DNA of 64,000 bases. It comes from a virus. Taxonomy: Duplodnaviria > Caudoviricetes. Where the stretch lies: positions 32,001 through 96,000 of the IMG/VR virus record IMGVR_UViG_3300021431_000079. One strand, written 5' to 3'. The position numbers and the translations under genes are program-made. The notes beneath the pieces were generated by a model that was not told the origin of the DNA, ran no database searches, and saw only the letters and a list, made by a program, of their open reading frames with translations. How positions within the stretch are numbered: position 1 is the first letter of the stretch; the number at the start of each line of letters is the position of its first letter. Positions 22,748 to 33,232 of this stretch are shown here, piece after piece.

Positions 22748-23758
22748 ATGCAGAAATTAAATATTACTTGGAGCGCAAAGCAGATTACAAAGTCTTACAA
22801 CAACGGTCTTTTGAAGTTTGATAACATTATTCAGAGAAGCTATGTATGGGAGCAGAAGAGAAAGTCTGATCTCATCCACTCTATGATTGAGGGATATCCT
22901 ATTCCTCCGTTTTATGCGAGAAAGGTAGATGGTAAGGTGTATGACTTCCTTGATGGCAAACAGAGGATGAATGCTATTGCAGGTTTCATCAATGGAGACT
23001 ATTGGCTTGATGGTATTCGTGAGGTAACTTATACAAATGAAGAGGGTATTGAAGTAACCGAAGATATTAACGGTCTTAGCTTTAATGATCTTCCCGAAGC
23101 TATTCAGGATATTATCAAAGATTATTCGCTCACCATATATTATTATGATAACATTACTGATGATCAGGTAAGAGAGTTATTCCGCAAGCTGAACAACGGA
23201 AAGCCTCTTTCTGCAAAAGAAAAGAACATTGCCAATATGATTGACATTTCCAATATTTCTAATATTGGTGAGCACGAGTTCTTTAAGAAAATATTTACTG
23301 AAAGAGCTATGGATTCCAGAAAGCAGTTGCCTGTTATCATGAAGATGTGGGCAATGCTTAATCAGGATATTGCTGACATATCGTTTGAAAGTAAGTCGTT
23401 CAATGAGCTTGTCGGCGAAACGCTTACAACAGAAAACCAGAGGGAAGAAATTGTAAAATGTCTTGACTTTTACAATGATGTGTTTAATAATGTAAGCGAA
23501 AAGAATGGAAAGGCTACACTTAAAAAGTGTGTTAACGAAACACACTTAGTGTCACTGATTCCGTTTGTAAAAAAAGCTCTGAGTAACAATATTTCTGCTG
23601 ATCTTTTTGCTGACTGGTTAATGACCATCTTTACAAAAGACAAAACGGTATCGTTCGATTACTCGAATGTGGCTCAGTCTGGTGCGGCTAAGAATAGCAG
23701 TATTGTTAAAAGGAATGAGGAATTAGAGGTTTCTTGGAATGAGTTCTTCAAAGAGTAA
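22748..23758 (+). CDS. DUF262 (ParB/Srx-like, GmrS-type) domain protein
   Basis: IQRSYVW...LIHSMIEGYPIP...LDGKQR...FRKLNNGKPLS. Confidence 0.85.
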   Translation: MQKLNITWSAKQITKSYNNGLLKFDNIIQRSYVWEQKRKSDLIHSMIEGYPIPPFYARKVDGKVYDFLDGKQRMNAIAGFINGDYWLDGIREVTYTNEEGIEVTEDINGLSFNDLPEAIQDIIKDYSLTIYYYDNITDDQVRELFRKLNNGKPLSAKEKNIANMIDISNISNIGEHEFFKKIFTERAMDSRKQLPVIMKMWAMLNQDIADISFESKSFNELVGETLTTENQREEIVKCLDFYNDVFNNVSEKNGKATLKKCVNETHLVSLIPFVKKALSNNISADLFADWLMTIFTKDKTVSFDYSNVAQSGAAKNSSIVKRNEELEVSWNEFFKE

Positions 23759-23975
23759 GTACACCATCTACACACAGGATGCCAAAAGCTTTGAGTCTGT
23801 TGGTTGGACAGGCTCAAAGCAAAGGCAAAGAAACAATCTTGAAACATCCATCATTTGGGCGAATACACTTGACTCACGATGGATCAGGTGGAAGATTGTA
23901 GACAATGAGAACGGAGAAATAATCTGTTCCAATGCCTAATATTTCTAATTATAAATCAAATAATTAAAAATGGAC

Positions 23976-24004
23976 TTGACAAAACAAGACAAAGCGTTTA
24001 TACT
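23976..24004 (+). promoter_or_regulatory. Sigma-A promoter for the recombinase gene
   Basis: TTGACA-17 nt-TATACT. Confidence 0.8.
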
Positions 24005-24035
24005 GAATACAGATACAAAGGAAAGGAGAAGAAGA

Positions 24036-25022
24036 ATGAACGGTAGAAACGAGCATGATGAAAAAGTAAGGGCTATGGTTGATAAGATTTTAGAGTCAAG
24101 ACCTTCTTATCTTAGAGACTACGCAGAGTCTTTCAGAAGTAAAACAGCTTTAACGGAACTGAATTACATTAAAAAGCTTTGCCAGTTCTTTGATTACCTC
24201 GAAAAGCATAATATAATTGATGTATCTAACGGAAAGAACTTTGATAAGCTTGTTCCTTCTAAGGTTAATGGATATATGAATTCTCTTAGTGAGAAATCTG
24301 ATTCGACTCAGGCTCAGACATTTTACGCACTGAAATCTTTCTTCAAGTTCCTTAAGGCAGATCGTTATGTTGAGAACAACATAATGTTAGATATTGAAGC
24401 GCCTAAACTCAAGGGTTTTCATGAGGTTACTGCGTTAGATAAGGATGAGATTCATGATCTGAAGCTTAATGCAAAGTATGGATACAGTCTTGAAACAGAA
24501 CTTGAAAGCAGAAGAAGAGAAGGATGGAGAGAAAGAGACTTCGCTATTATTCAGCTTGGCATTACATCCGGGTTCAGAGTTTCAAGTATTTCTGAGATTA
24601 ACCTTGAAGATATTGATTTTGATCAGCAAGTGATAAGAATTGTTGAGAAAGGTAATAAAGTTCGAGAGATGTATCTTGACAACAGAACTATTGATGCAAT
24701 TCGTGAGTGGATAAGCAAAAGAAATGAATATCTGAAGAAGAGAAAGATGAATACGGATGCGTTATTCATTTCTAATAGATGCAAAAGGATCGCAACGAAT
24801 AGTATTTCCGTAATCATGGATCATTATACAAGGGGAATTGATAAGCATATCACTCCTCACAAGATGAGATCCACCTGTGCCACAAATCTTTATGAAGCAA
24901 CTGGTGATATTTATTTGGTAATGGAGCAGTTGGGTCACGCAAATATTAATAACACCAAAAGATATACAAAGGTTAATAAACAGAGACGTATTGATGCGGC
25001 GAATATTCTTGGTAATCTGTAA
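24036..25022 (+). CDS. Tyrosine recombinase (XerC-like; SPbeta YopP/SroD-like position)
   Basis: SGFRVSSI, EKGNK, TPHKMRSTCAT, LGHANINNTKRY: catalytic set complete; AAAGGAG RBS. Confidence 0.9.
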   Translation: MNGRNEHDEKVRAMVDKILESRPSYLRDYAESFRSKTALTELNYIKKLCQFFDYLEKHNIIDVSNGKNFDKLVPSKVNGYMNSLSEKSDSTQAQTFYALKSFFKFLKADRYVENNIMLDIEAPKLKGFHEVTALDKDEIHDLKLNAKYGYSLETELESRRREGWRERDFAIIQLGITSGFRVSSISEINLEDIDFDQQVIRIVEKGNKVREMYLDNRTIDAIREWISKRNEYLKKRKMNTDALFISNRCKRIATNSISVIMDHYTRGIDKHITPHKMRSTCATNLYEATGDIYLVMEQLGHANINNTKRYTKVNKQRRIDAANILGNL

Positions 25023-25165
25023 TATATATACTATAAACCATCTAAATATATATAAGGGGGTGATAAAAATGAATAGACAAATTAAATGAATGTGATCTAA
25101 AAAAGCTTGCACAAATATAAATTGTGATGTATTATATAAGAGAGTTAGAAGGGAGATTTTAATTT

Positions 25166-25597
25166 ATGAAAATTAGATGTAAAAAATGTGGTGCTGAATA
25201 TGGAATTTTTGATCTTGATTTTTATGAAGATAAAGATAAAATGAGGTTTTTGTCATGTAGTCAATGTAATGATGTAACATATTTTAACATCGGTGATTTA
25301 TATCATGGTTGGAATCCAAGTGATAAGAATATAACTGTTATGGATTGTATAGACGATATTAAAGAAAGCATTACAAGTGACGCAGACCTTGTACTTGTAT
25401 GGTTAACAAAGGAAGTTGTAGATGATGAGGGTTTATATCCGTTTTTAAGAAAAGACGGTGAATTGAAACCATATTTAAGAAAATGGGGACGCATATTTGA
25501 TAAGTCTACATGCATTGATAGCGAAATTGATTTTAGCAGATGCCTAAAAGAATGTGGAGTATCTGTAAATTGGGATGGTTATAAAACTATAAGTTAA
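25166..25597 (+). CDS. Zinc-ribbon hypothetical protein
   Basis: CKKC...CSQC. Confidence 0.65.
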   Translation: MKIRCKKCGAEYGIFDLDFYEDKDKMRFLSCSQCNDVTYFNIGDLYHGWNPSDKNITVMDCIDDIKESITSDADLVLVWLTKEVVDDEGLYPFLRKDGELKPYLRKWGRIFDKSTCIDSEIDFSRCLKECGVSVNWDGYKTIS

Positions 25598-25636
25598 CCA
25601 GATTTAATTAAAACAAAAAGAAAGGAGAACACTATT

Positions 25637-26854
25637 ATGCTGAAATCAAAGAAGGAGCTTATAAAAGAGCTTCAAAGCGTAATAACAGAAAAGTGTATAG
25701 GCAAACGAAAAGAAAACGAGTACGCTCAATCCGTAATGCGTGAGTTAAATAATAAATACAAAATGACAATCATCAGAGCGTCAGATATTGTATCACTGAG
25801 AATTGACTTCGAAATTCTAACGGAATTTGAATTGTTCTGTGTATGTGATGTTATCTGTCCAGAAAAACTTGCTGAGTATTTTGTAAGCGTGGAAATACAG
25901 AAATATTCCAACTCAACATTTGAGGTAAATAAAATCTTCCTACCGCTCAAGATTAGTATGATTAAAGTGCAGGACAACCAGTTTATTGGTGCGATATCTG
26001 CTAAGACTTTAAGGGAATGGGGAGACGCAGGTTTTATAAATTACAATCAGAACACTCAGCGTACCCTAAAGCGAATTGTCAGAGGAGACAAAGAGTATTA
26101 TAAGATATCTCTCAACCAAACAGCGATCAATGCGATATCAAAACTCATGGAAGACAGAGCATATATCTCTGATGATATCACGCTGAATATCCCGGATGAT
26201 GATGAATCTTCTTTCTCCTACAATTCTGAGACAAAGGAACTGCGGATAGATAAGCTCAAAGCATTTGATATCATAGATGGATACCACCGTTATGTGTCAA
26301 TCGTGAAGATGTGCAATCTGAATCCTGATTTTGATTATCCAATGGAAATCAGAATTACAAACTACACGGAAAGCAAAGCACAACAATTTATCTGGCAGAA
26401 GGATCAGAAGACAAAGATGAAGAAACTTGACTCTGATTCACTTAACCAAGAGAGGTTGTCAAACAGAGTTGTAAACAGATTGAATGATGATCCGAATTTC
26501 ATCTGGTATAGACAGCTTGATAGAAATAATCCCAGAATCCCTGTTGGAACTTTTGCCTTGGCAGTAGATAAGATTTTCTTCACGAAGAAGATTAAGAAAG
26601 ACGAAGAGAATCTTGAGGTAAGAAAGATTGCAAACCAGATTAAATCTGGTCTTGAAGCGTATTTTGATCAATATGATCCATCTGCAACAAAAGAAATAGA
26701 CGATGTAAGAATTGTTTGCATCTTATACTGTATCATGTGCAATGGTCTTGACATGATCAACGAGATAGATACAAATGTAAGAAAGGGTCTTGCTCCGAAT
26801 GCATCAGTCCACACTATTCTGAGAAAGGTGAATGAGGTAGGTGAGAGAAAATGA
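25637..26854 (+). CDS. DGQHR/DndB-like ParB-superfamily protein (SPbeta YopQ/SroE-like)
   Basis: YNQNTQR...DDITLNI...IIDGYHR; gene order. Confidence 0.7.
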   Translation: MLKSKKELIKELQSVITEKCIGKRKENEYAQSVMRELNNKYKMTIIRASDIVSLRIDFEILTEFELFCVCDVICPEKLAEYFVSVEIQKYSNSTFEVNKIFLPLKISMIKVQDNQFIGAISAKTLREWGDAGFINYNQNTQRTLKRIVRGDKEYYKISLNQTAINAISKLMEDRAYISDDITLNIPDDDESSFSYNSETKELRIDKLKAFDIIDGYHRYVSIVKMCNLNPDFDYPMEIRITNYTESKAQQFIWQKDQKTKMKKLDSDSLNQERLSNRVVNRLNDDPNFIWYRQLDRNNPRIPVGTFALAVDKIFFTKKIKKDEENLEVRKIANQIKSGLEAYFDQYDPSATKEIDDVRIVCILYCIMCNGLDMINEIDTNVRKGLAPNASVHTILRKVNEVGERK

Positions 26855-27792
26855 ACGAAATAATAACAGAGTTATATAATGCAGAAAGGAAACAACGATA
26901 TTTTGATGAGAACTATATTGCTAAAAGCAACTACCTAAACCTACTCCGGTTATTTAAAAAGAGCACTGTGTTTGAGAATACATATGACAGGGACATTTCA
27001 GAATGGAGCGCAACGGAAGGTATAGCATTTCTAAAGTTCTTAAACACTGGTTCTGTTAACACGTTGGTTGTATATAGGTCGCTATTAACAAGCTACACTC
27101 AGTGGTGCTTACAAAATAATTTAGTAGAATCGGGGCAAAATAATTGGCAATTAATCACACAAAATGTTCTGCGAGAATGTATAAACAAACAAAAGAATGT
27201 CGTACTAATAAGGCAAGAAGTCCTTGATATTTGCAGAAATCTAAAGAATGACGGAGACGCTTTTTTACTTCTTGGTCTTTTTGAGGGAATTGGCAGTTAC
27301 GGAAAACAATGGGAAGAATTAGCCAATGCAAGAAGACAAGATATTGATCAGGAGAAAAATACAATTCGACTATGTACTGGGAGAGTCTTAGAGATATCCA
27401 ATGAGCTAAAGTACATTGCTATTGAGGCATCAAAAGCAAAGATAATTTACACCGGGAGCAGAGATTATCCAGTATCTCCTGATGAGCCGTATGATCTGAT
27501 CATTAAAACGAAGAAGCGTAGGAATGCAGAAGATAATCCATACAGAAAGGGAGTGCGTTGTTTTGTTCGGCTAAATAAGTTCATGAATGAGTTTGGATAT
27601 TCTGTAACAGCGGCTAATATTGAGAACTCTGGCAAGATAGAATATCTGAATCAGTGTGCTGATGAGGCTGGGATGTCTGTAGAAGATTGGCTTGAAATAA
27701 AAGAAAATGAACAGAAGTTTATTGACAGGTTTAATAACTACAACAAAGGAAAACGCGCTTTCTTATCTGAGAATGAAGAGTATCTTATCTAA
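26851..27792 (+). CDS. MrpR/YopR-like lytic-cycle repressor (degenerate recombinase fold)
   Basis: YNAERKQRYF...FENTYDRDI...SVNTL...YTQWC...LLGLFEGI; follows the DGQHR gene as in SPbeta. Confidence 0.65.
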   Translation: MNEIITELYNAERKQRYFDENYIAKSNYLNLLRLFKKSTVFENTYDRDISEWSATEGIAFLKFLNTGSVNTLVVYRSLLTSYTQWCLQNNLVESGQNNWQLITQNVLRECINKQKNVVLIRQEVLDICRNLKNDGDAFLLLGLFEGIGSYGKQWEELANARRQDIDQEKNTIRLCTGRVLEISNELKYIAIEASKAKIIYTGSRDYPVSPDEPYDLIIKTKKRRNAEDNPYRKGVRCFVRLNKFMNEFGYSVTAANIENSGKIEYLNQCADEAGMSVEDWLEIKENEQKFIDRFNNYNKGKRAFLSENEEYLI

Positions 27793-27803
27793 TGTGTACA
27801 ATG

Positions 27804-27836
27804 TTGTGGTTCTCGATATAATTGAGAACCACAACG
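27804..27836. terminator. Strong hairpin downstream of the repressor gene
   Basis: gttgtggttctc/gagaaccacaac 12-bp inverted repeat. Confidence 0.6.
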
Positions 27837-27962
27837 ATTATTTGATACTAATAAGGATGAAAAATGATATTGTTAATAATTTTGTAAACACTTAATAACA
27901 ATTGAATTAAATATACATCTCGATAAAATGGATAACAACAAAAACAAGTGTTCATTTTTCTC

Positions 27963-27991
27963 TTGACACATGAACTGTGTGGTGCTAAAAT
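27963..27991 (+). promoter_or_regulatory. Sigma-A promoter
   Basis: TTGACA-17 nt-TAAAAT with extended TG. Confidence 0.75.
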
Positions 27992-28306
27992 AAGGATAAG
28001 AATTTATATGGAGGGTTTGTATATGATCGAAAATTTTATTTCTGCATTGACTAAAGCTAACAGTTGTATTGAGTGTGTTGAAAATAATGGGTTCGGTGAT
28101 ACAGAGTATAACACATTCTCAGTAAATGGTGTATGGATTGATGATAATAAAACCAATATAAAGCTATCATTTAATGAGGGTGCAACGGAAATCTATTTAA
28201 GTGACTGGGATAAGTGCAATGTGATCGAGGATGAGGATGATGGAACGGTGTATGAATTCGTTTTTGGTAACGTTAAAAGAAGTTTTATAATTCTTCCTAA
28301 AAGTGC

Positions 28307-28335
28307 TTGACAAGTTGAAAATAATATGCTAATAT
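28307..28335 (+). promoter_or_regulatory. Sigma-A promoter for the replication operon
   Basis: TTGACA-17 nt-TAATAT with extended TG. Confidence 0.7.
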
Positions 28336-28863
28336 GTTATTAACATAAACGTGGGAAATGGATACTTAGTCAATTGAGTATCCATTTTACAATCTTAAAA
28401 AGGAGAAATTAAAATATGTGGAAAACGATCAGGGCGAAAAACATGAATACAAAGTATTATATTGACGATGAGAAAAAGACGATTGTTGCCAAGACTGAAA
28501 ATACAAAAACATTTATAAATGAGCTGTGGGATCAGGGGCTGTATGGTTTTATTGGAGCAATTAATTCATTTAAAAGATGTGGTAATATTTGTGACCCTAA
28601 AACTGATTTCGTAGGAAAGGCAGTTTGTAGCCCAAAGGATGAATATGATGAAGAAGTTGGAAAGAAGATCGCTGCATGGAAAGCGGATCTGAAATATCAT
28701 AAGTATAGTGCAAATAGGTATGGGGATATTATATCGAGACTTCAGGAAGTTATCAACCGTGTTAAAGCAAATATGAAGAAGCATGAGAATTGCTGTGCCG
28801 CTCTTGAAAAGAAGCTTGAAGAAGTAAATAATAATACTTTATAATAAGGAGAATTAAAAATAT

Positions 28864-30033
28864 ATGGAAAAGAAAACACTGAGTAAAACTGGTCAGGCAA
28901 GCAGATTCACACTGGTAGGAAAAGCAATTGTTAACGATAGGACTTTTTCAATTGATCAGAGATCACAGAGCAGTGATTATATTTCCAACAGGATGAACCT
29001 TGGAGTTAACTGTGGAAGTAAGTACGGAAATATTTATTGTGAACTCTGGGGTGGATATTCTGAAAATAGAGATACATTTATCTATGTTCATAAGAAAAAT
29101 GCTGATGGATCAGATGATTTCTCAAACACTGATAAGATCGCATGGGAAGATAGAACAGATGAAAACATCCTTTCAGAGATCGGTAGAAGCTGTTTTATTA
29201 GAGTCGGTGTAGAGAATACAACTAAAGGTGAGATCTTTACTAAAGAGTTCTTGTCTCCTTATGATGCAATCAACTATCTTAATGAACATCTGAAAGATGG
29301 AACAAGAATCAGAGTAAATGGTCGTTTGAAATATGACTATTACAATGGCAATGTCAGGGTAAGAAAGGAAATCACCCGAATTGAGGTTGTTAATAACGAT
29401 GTCCCTGATACTGCTACATTCGTTCAGAGCATTCTTCTTACAAAGGGATGCGCAGGAACTATTGATAAAAAGACTGGCCTCTGTCCCATTGATGGTATCG
29501 TACTTGAATACTTCAAGACTTTCAATAACAAGGAAGTAAATGGATGCGTACCATTACACAAGAGCTTTGAATTTGATTTCTCAAGATTCCTTAATGAGCC
29601 TGAGAAGATTAAGAAGATCAGAGAGAAGTTCTTCAATGTAAGAAAGGGTGTTACGGAAATCAAGTTTGAAGGTGAATTCATTGAGAGCGGTTCTACTGTC
29701 CAGATTACAGAAGATGATCTTGATGATGATATTAAGCTTCAGATTGAGTTTGGATTAAGAACACTTGAGGAAGCTCTTCAGACTGCCGCAGGATCTGGTA
29801 GTGTACTGAGAAGAATGGTTCTCGTAAGACCTGCTATGAAGGATGTTGAGCAGGAAGATGGTTCAATTAAGAGAACTACCGACATTACAGAACGCAAATA
29901 TGAAGAAGATGATCTCGCCCTTGATTGTCTTGTGGAAGATGAGAAAGAGGAAGAAGCAGAAGAGAAGTTCGAAAAGCTTTCTGATGATGATGAAGATGGT
30001 CTTGATGACTGGATGAGTGAACTTAACCTTTAA
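28864..30033 (+). CDS. Putative single-stranded DNA-binding protein
   Basis: Beta-rich with a highly acidic C-terminal tail (DDDEDGLDDWMSELNL); heads the replication operon. Confidence 0.55.
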   Translation: MEKKTLSKTGQASRFTLVGKAIVNDRTFSIDQRSQSSDYISNRMNLGVNCGSKYGNIYCELWGGYSENRDTFIYVHKKNADGSDDFSNTDKIAWEDRTDENILSEIGRSCFIRVGVENTTKGEIFTKEFLSPYDAINYLNEHLKDGTRIRVNGRLKYDYYNGNVRVRKEITRIEVVNNDVPDTATFVQSILLTKGCAGTIDKKTGLCPIDGIVLEYFKTFNNKEVNGCVPLHKSFEFDFSRFLNEPEKIKKIREKFFNVRKGVTEIKFEGEFIESGSTVQITEDDLDDDIKLQIEFGLRTLEEALQTAAGSGSVLRRMVLVRPAMKDVEQEDGSIKRTTDITERKYEEDDLALDCLVEDEKEEEAEEKFEKLSDDDEDGLDDWMSELNL

Positions 30034-30062
30034 AAATAACTAAAAAATAGGAGATAAAACGC

Positions 30063-31196
30063 ATGGCATATGGTAAAAAGAACCAAGTAAATGTAGATCC
30101 GTTCCGATACAATATTGGTTTGATCGGGGAGAGCGGAATTGGAAAAACTACAACCATCTGGGAGATGTGTAAAAAGCATTTGGGTGAAGATGGAGCACTA
30201 TTCTTGGAGTGTGGTAAAGAGGATGGTGCTGATGCAATTGAAGGAATCAACTACGTAAACTGTCCCGAATGGTCTGCTGAGTATGATGAATACAATAACA
30301 CAATCGGATTTGAGGATATGGTCGATGATATTATTGAAAATAAGACCTCTGAATACCCTAACCTCAGAGTTGTGGTTATTGACACCTATGATGAGCTGAT
30401 TTTAATTGCAAAAGATGAGGTTGTCAATATGCACAACAGATTGAATCCTGAAAAGCAGGTTAAGACAATTAAGGCGGCATTCGGTGGTTACATGGCAGGT
30501 GATGATAAGGCCGCTGAAATCGTTCTGAATAAGCTTTGGGAATTGAAGAAAGTCGGAGTCAACTTCATTATTATTGGTCATGTAAAGGCTCGTCAGCAGA
30601 CCGATGCGTTAACTGGTCAGGAATATACAAGCCTTACCACAAACATGGCTATCAGAGATTTCAATACCATTAAAACTAAGCTTCACTTCCTTGGTGTTGC
30701 TTATATTGATCGTAACATCGTTCAGGAAAAAACAAATAAGAAAGATCAGAACGGAAAAGTTATCACACGCAGTAAGATAGCGCAGGAGAGCAGAAAGGTA
30801 ACTTTCCGTGATGATAATTACTCTGTAGACTCAAAGAGTAGATTCAGCCACATTGACAGCGAAATACCTCTTGATGCTGATGCTATTTATAACACCCTCG
30901 TTGAAGCCATTAAGTATGAAGTCAATAAGAATGGCTCATTTGAGGAGAGTCAGAAGAAACAGGAGAAGATTGATGCTGATCACAAGAGGGAAATCGAGCG
31001 TTTAGAGAACGAGAAAAAGGATAAAAAGGAATTAGACGCAATCATTACCGAGATTGTTGATTTTATAAAGGAAAACAAGTCAAATCAGGATGTTTTCAGA
31101 CCGATCATGCTCAAGGTTAAACAGCTTGGTTACAACAATCCTCTTGAAATCTCATCAATTAAAGATGCAAAAGAAGTCCGTAGCATGATTGGCTAA
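30063..31196 (+). CDS. AAA-family ATPase (Sak4/YorG-like)
   Basis: GESGIGKTT Walker A, VVVIDT Walker B, IIIGH. Confidence 0.8.
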   Translation: MAYGKKNQVNVDPFRYNIGLIGESGIGKTTTIWEMCKKHLGEDGALFLECGKEDGADAIEGINYVNCPEWSAEYDEYNNTIGFEDMVDDIIENKTSEYPNLRVVVIDTYDELILIAKDEVVNMHNRLNPEKQVKTIKAAFGGYMAGDDKAAEIVLNKLWELKKVGVNFIIIGHVKARQQTDALTGQEYTSLTTNMAIRDFNTIKTKLHFLGVAYIDRNIVQEKTNKKDQNGKVITRSKIAQESRKVTFRDDNYSVDSKSRFSHIDSEIPLDADAIYNTLVEAIKYEVNKNGSFEESQKKQEKIDADHKREIERLENEKKDKKELDAIITEIVDFIKENKSNQDVFRPIMLKVKQLGYNNPLEISSIKDAKEVRSMIG

Positions 31197-31262
31197 CATC
31201 TTGCAACACTGTCATTGCCCGTCAGCAAATAGTTGGCGGGCAATTATTTATTGGAGTATTGC

Positions 31263-31733
31263 ATGACTAAAAAAGAAATAAAAGATTTTGATGATCTATA
31301 TTTTTATGTTAAAGCGTTAATGGGGTATGATGAGAGTCAACCATTAACAAGAAAAATGGTATTACGGCTTAAGGGTCTTGGCAAGGGCAAATTGTATGAC
31401 AATAATTATCAAAAGGATCGCGGAAACATCGGTTTTGATATTATATTGCTTACGTTAAAAATGTATAATGGTGATATTGTTACTGGATTATCACGAAATA
31501 CATTTAAAAATGACGAACACAAGTTTAACTATATTCTTAAGATTTGTGAAACCCATATGAATGAAGTTTACAGAGCGGTTGAAAAGAAGAAAAATTCGGA
31601 GGAGCTTAATAATCTCACAGTAAGTGGATATTTAACCGAGACAAAGACTGCCAGAGGGACAGAGAAGTACAAAGAGATACACAAGGAAAAAGAAACTAAA
31701 ATCACCAATGAAGATTTGTGGGGTGATTTATAA
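31263..31733 (+). CDS. Hypothetical replication-operon protein
   Basis: Stop overlaps the helicase start. Confidence 0.7.
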   Translation: MTKKEIKDFDDLYFYVKALMGYDESQPLTRKMVLRLKGLGKGKLYDNNYQKDRGNIGFDIILLTLKMYNGDIVTGLSRNTFKNDEHKFNYILKICETHMNEVYRAVEKKKNSEELNNLTVSGYLTETKTARGTEKYKEIHKEKETKITNEDLWGDL

Positions 31734-33223
31734 TGACAAAAAAGAACGGATTGAGTTCGTTCGAAAAACAACTACTGGAAACCATAAAGAAAATCAGTGA
31801 CATTAAAATGTCATCAGAGGCTAATATAGTTGCTTCAATTTATAAGAATTCGGAGTTGTTCTTCAGTACGAACTTAGAGATTGAAGAGTTTTCCAATAAC
31901 TCATGGAGAGTTTATTTTGCGATAGCACAACAGCTATTACGAGTAGAAAACAAGCCAGTCTTAGATGATATGACCGTTGGGCTTTATCTTGAGAAGCATG
32001 ATAAGCTCAGAGAGAAGTATTACGAGAGTGGTGGATATGACACACTTGAAAAGGCAATGGCAGAAATAAGCCTTGAAAACTTTGATGGATATGTAGAAGA
32101 ATTAAGAAAATGGAATGGTGTTATAAAGCTTGCCAAGAGTGGATTTGGTGTAGGAGATAACATCTCAAAATACTGTGATATGACTTCTGATCAGATCTAT
32201 GATGAGTGGGAAGCTTATCTAAACGGAATTTATGCCAACATAGACAGAGAAGCAAAGACATATGATATCGCCTTTGATCTTGACAAGTTAATTGATGATC
32301 TTGATGCAGGAGTAGCACTTGGTTTACCATACCATGACATGGATATGCTTACGGCTGAAACTGGTGGACAGTATTTAGGTTCAATTACACTTGTAATGGG
32401 ATTGAGTAACGTTGGTAAATCTACATTTGCCAGAAATGCTTGTATTCCGTCAGCCTTAAAAGAGGGTAAAAAGATTGTTGCCATGATCAATGAGGATAAC
32501 TTGATTAAATGGCAACGAGAATTACTGATATATGTTGCAAACAATATTTTGAAGAAGGATCTTCAGAAGCATGTATTAAGAAACGGAAATTACACTGAAG
32601 AGGTTCGTAATATTCTTGAAGAGTCTAAGCAATGGATTCAAGAGAACACAAAAAATCATATGATCACAGTTATTCCGTTTCTTCAGTATAAAACAAAGAA
32701 CGTTATTAAGACAATTAAAAGATTCGCCGCTCTTGGTGTTGAATATTTCATATTAGATACCTTCAAACTTGATGCAGGAGAATCAGTTGAATCATCATGG
32801 TTGCAGATGCAACAGCACATGGTGGAGATAAATGATACAATAAAACCAGAAGCAAAGAATGTCCATATTCTGATAACAGCACAGTTAAGTAAGGGGTCTG
32901 TTCATCAGAGGTATTACACACAGGACTCAACTGGTCTTGCTAAGAACATAATAGATGTGGCAAGTACAGCTATTATGATCAGAGACCTATATGAAGATGA
33001 ATATCCGGGTGAGAAAAGAGAGTTAACAGTATACAGAAGAGAAGGTAAGAATGGCAAAACAAAAATCGCAGTGAACTTAGATAAAGATAAGCACTATCAA
33101 ATCTTGTTTATCACGAAAAACAGAGAGGGTACAGCAAACCGCTACCAGATCGTAATAGAACATGATATGAGCAGGAATATAATTAAAGAGATTGGGACAT
33201 GCAATGTTTTACCAGATTTTTAA
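31733..33223 (+). CDS. dnaB: Replicative DnaB-like helicase
   Basis: GLSNVGKST, FILDT, TAQL, ITKNREG. Confidence 0.85.
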   Translation: MTKKNGLSSFEKQLLETIKKISDIKMSSEANIVASIYKNSELFFSTNLEIEEFSNNSWRVYFAIAQQLLRVENKPVLDDMTVGLYLEKHDKLREKYYESGGYDTLEKAMAEISLENFDGYVEELRKWNGVIKLAKSGFGVGDNISKYCDMTSDQIYDEWEAYLNGIYANIDREAKTYDIAFDLDKLIDDLDAGVALGLPYHDMDMLTAETGGQYLGSITLVMGLSNVGKSTFARNACIPSALKEGKKIVAMINEDNLIKWQRELLIYVANNILKKDLQKHVLRNGNYTEEVRNILEESKQWIQENTKNHMITVIPFLQYKTKNVIKTIKRFAALGVEYFILDTFKLDAGESVESSWLQMQQHMVEINDTIKPEAKNVHILITAQLSKGSVHQRYYTQDSTGLAKNIIDVASTAIMIRDLYEDEYPGEKRELTVYRREGKNGKTKIAVNLDKDKHYQILFITKNREGTANRYQIVIEHDMSRNIIKEIGTCNVLPDF

Positions 33224-33232
33224 AGAGGTAAT

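Noticed and set aside
24036-25022. The recombinase as the prophage integrase with a nearby att site
   Set aside because: Phage genes continue on both sides with no host boundary or att-like repeat; the position fits the repressor-operon recombinase.
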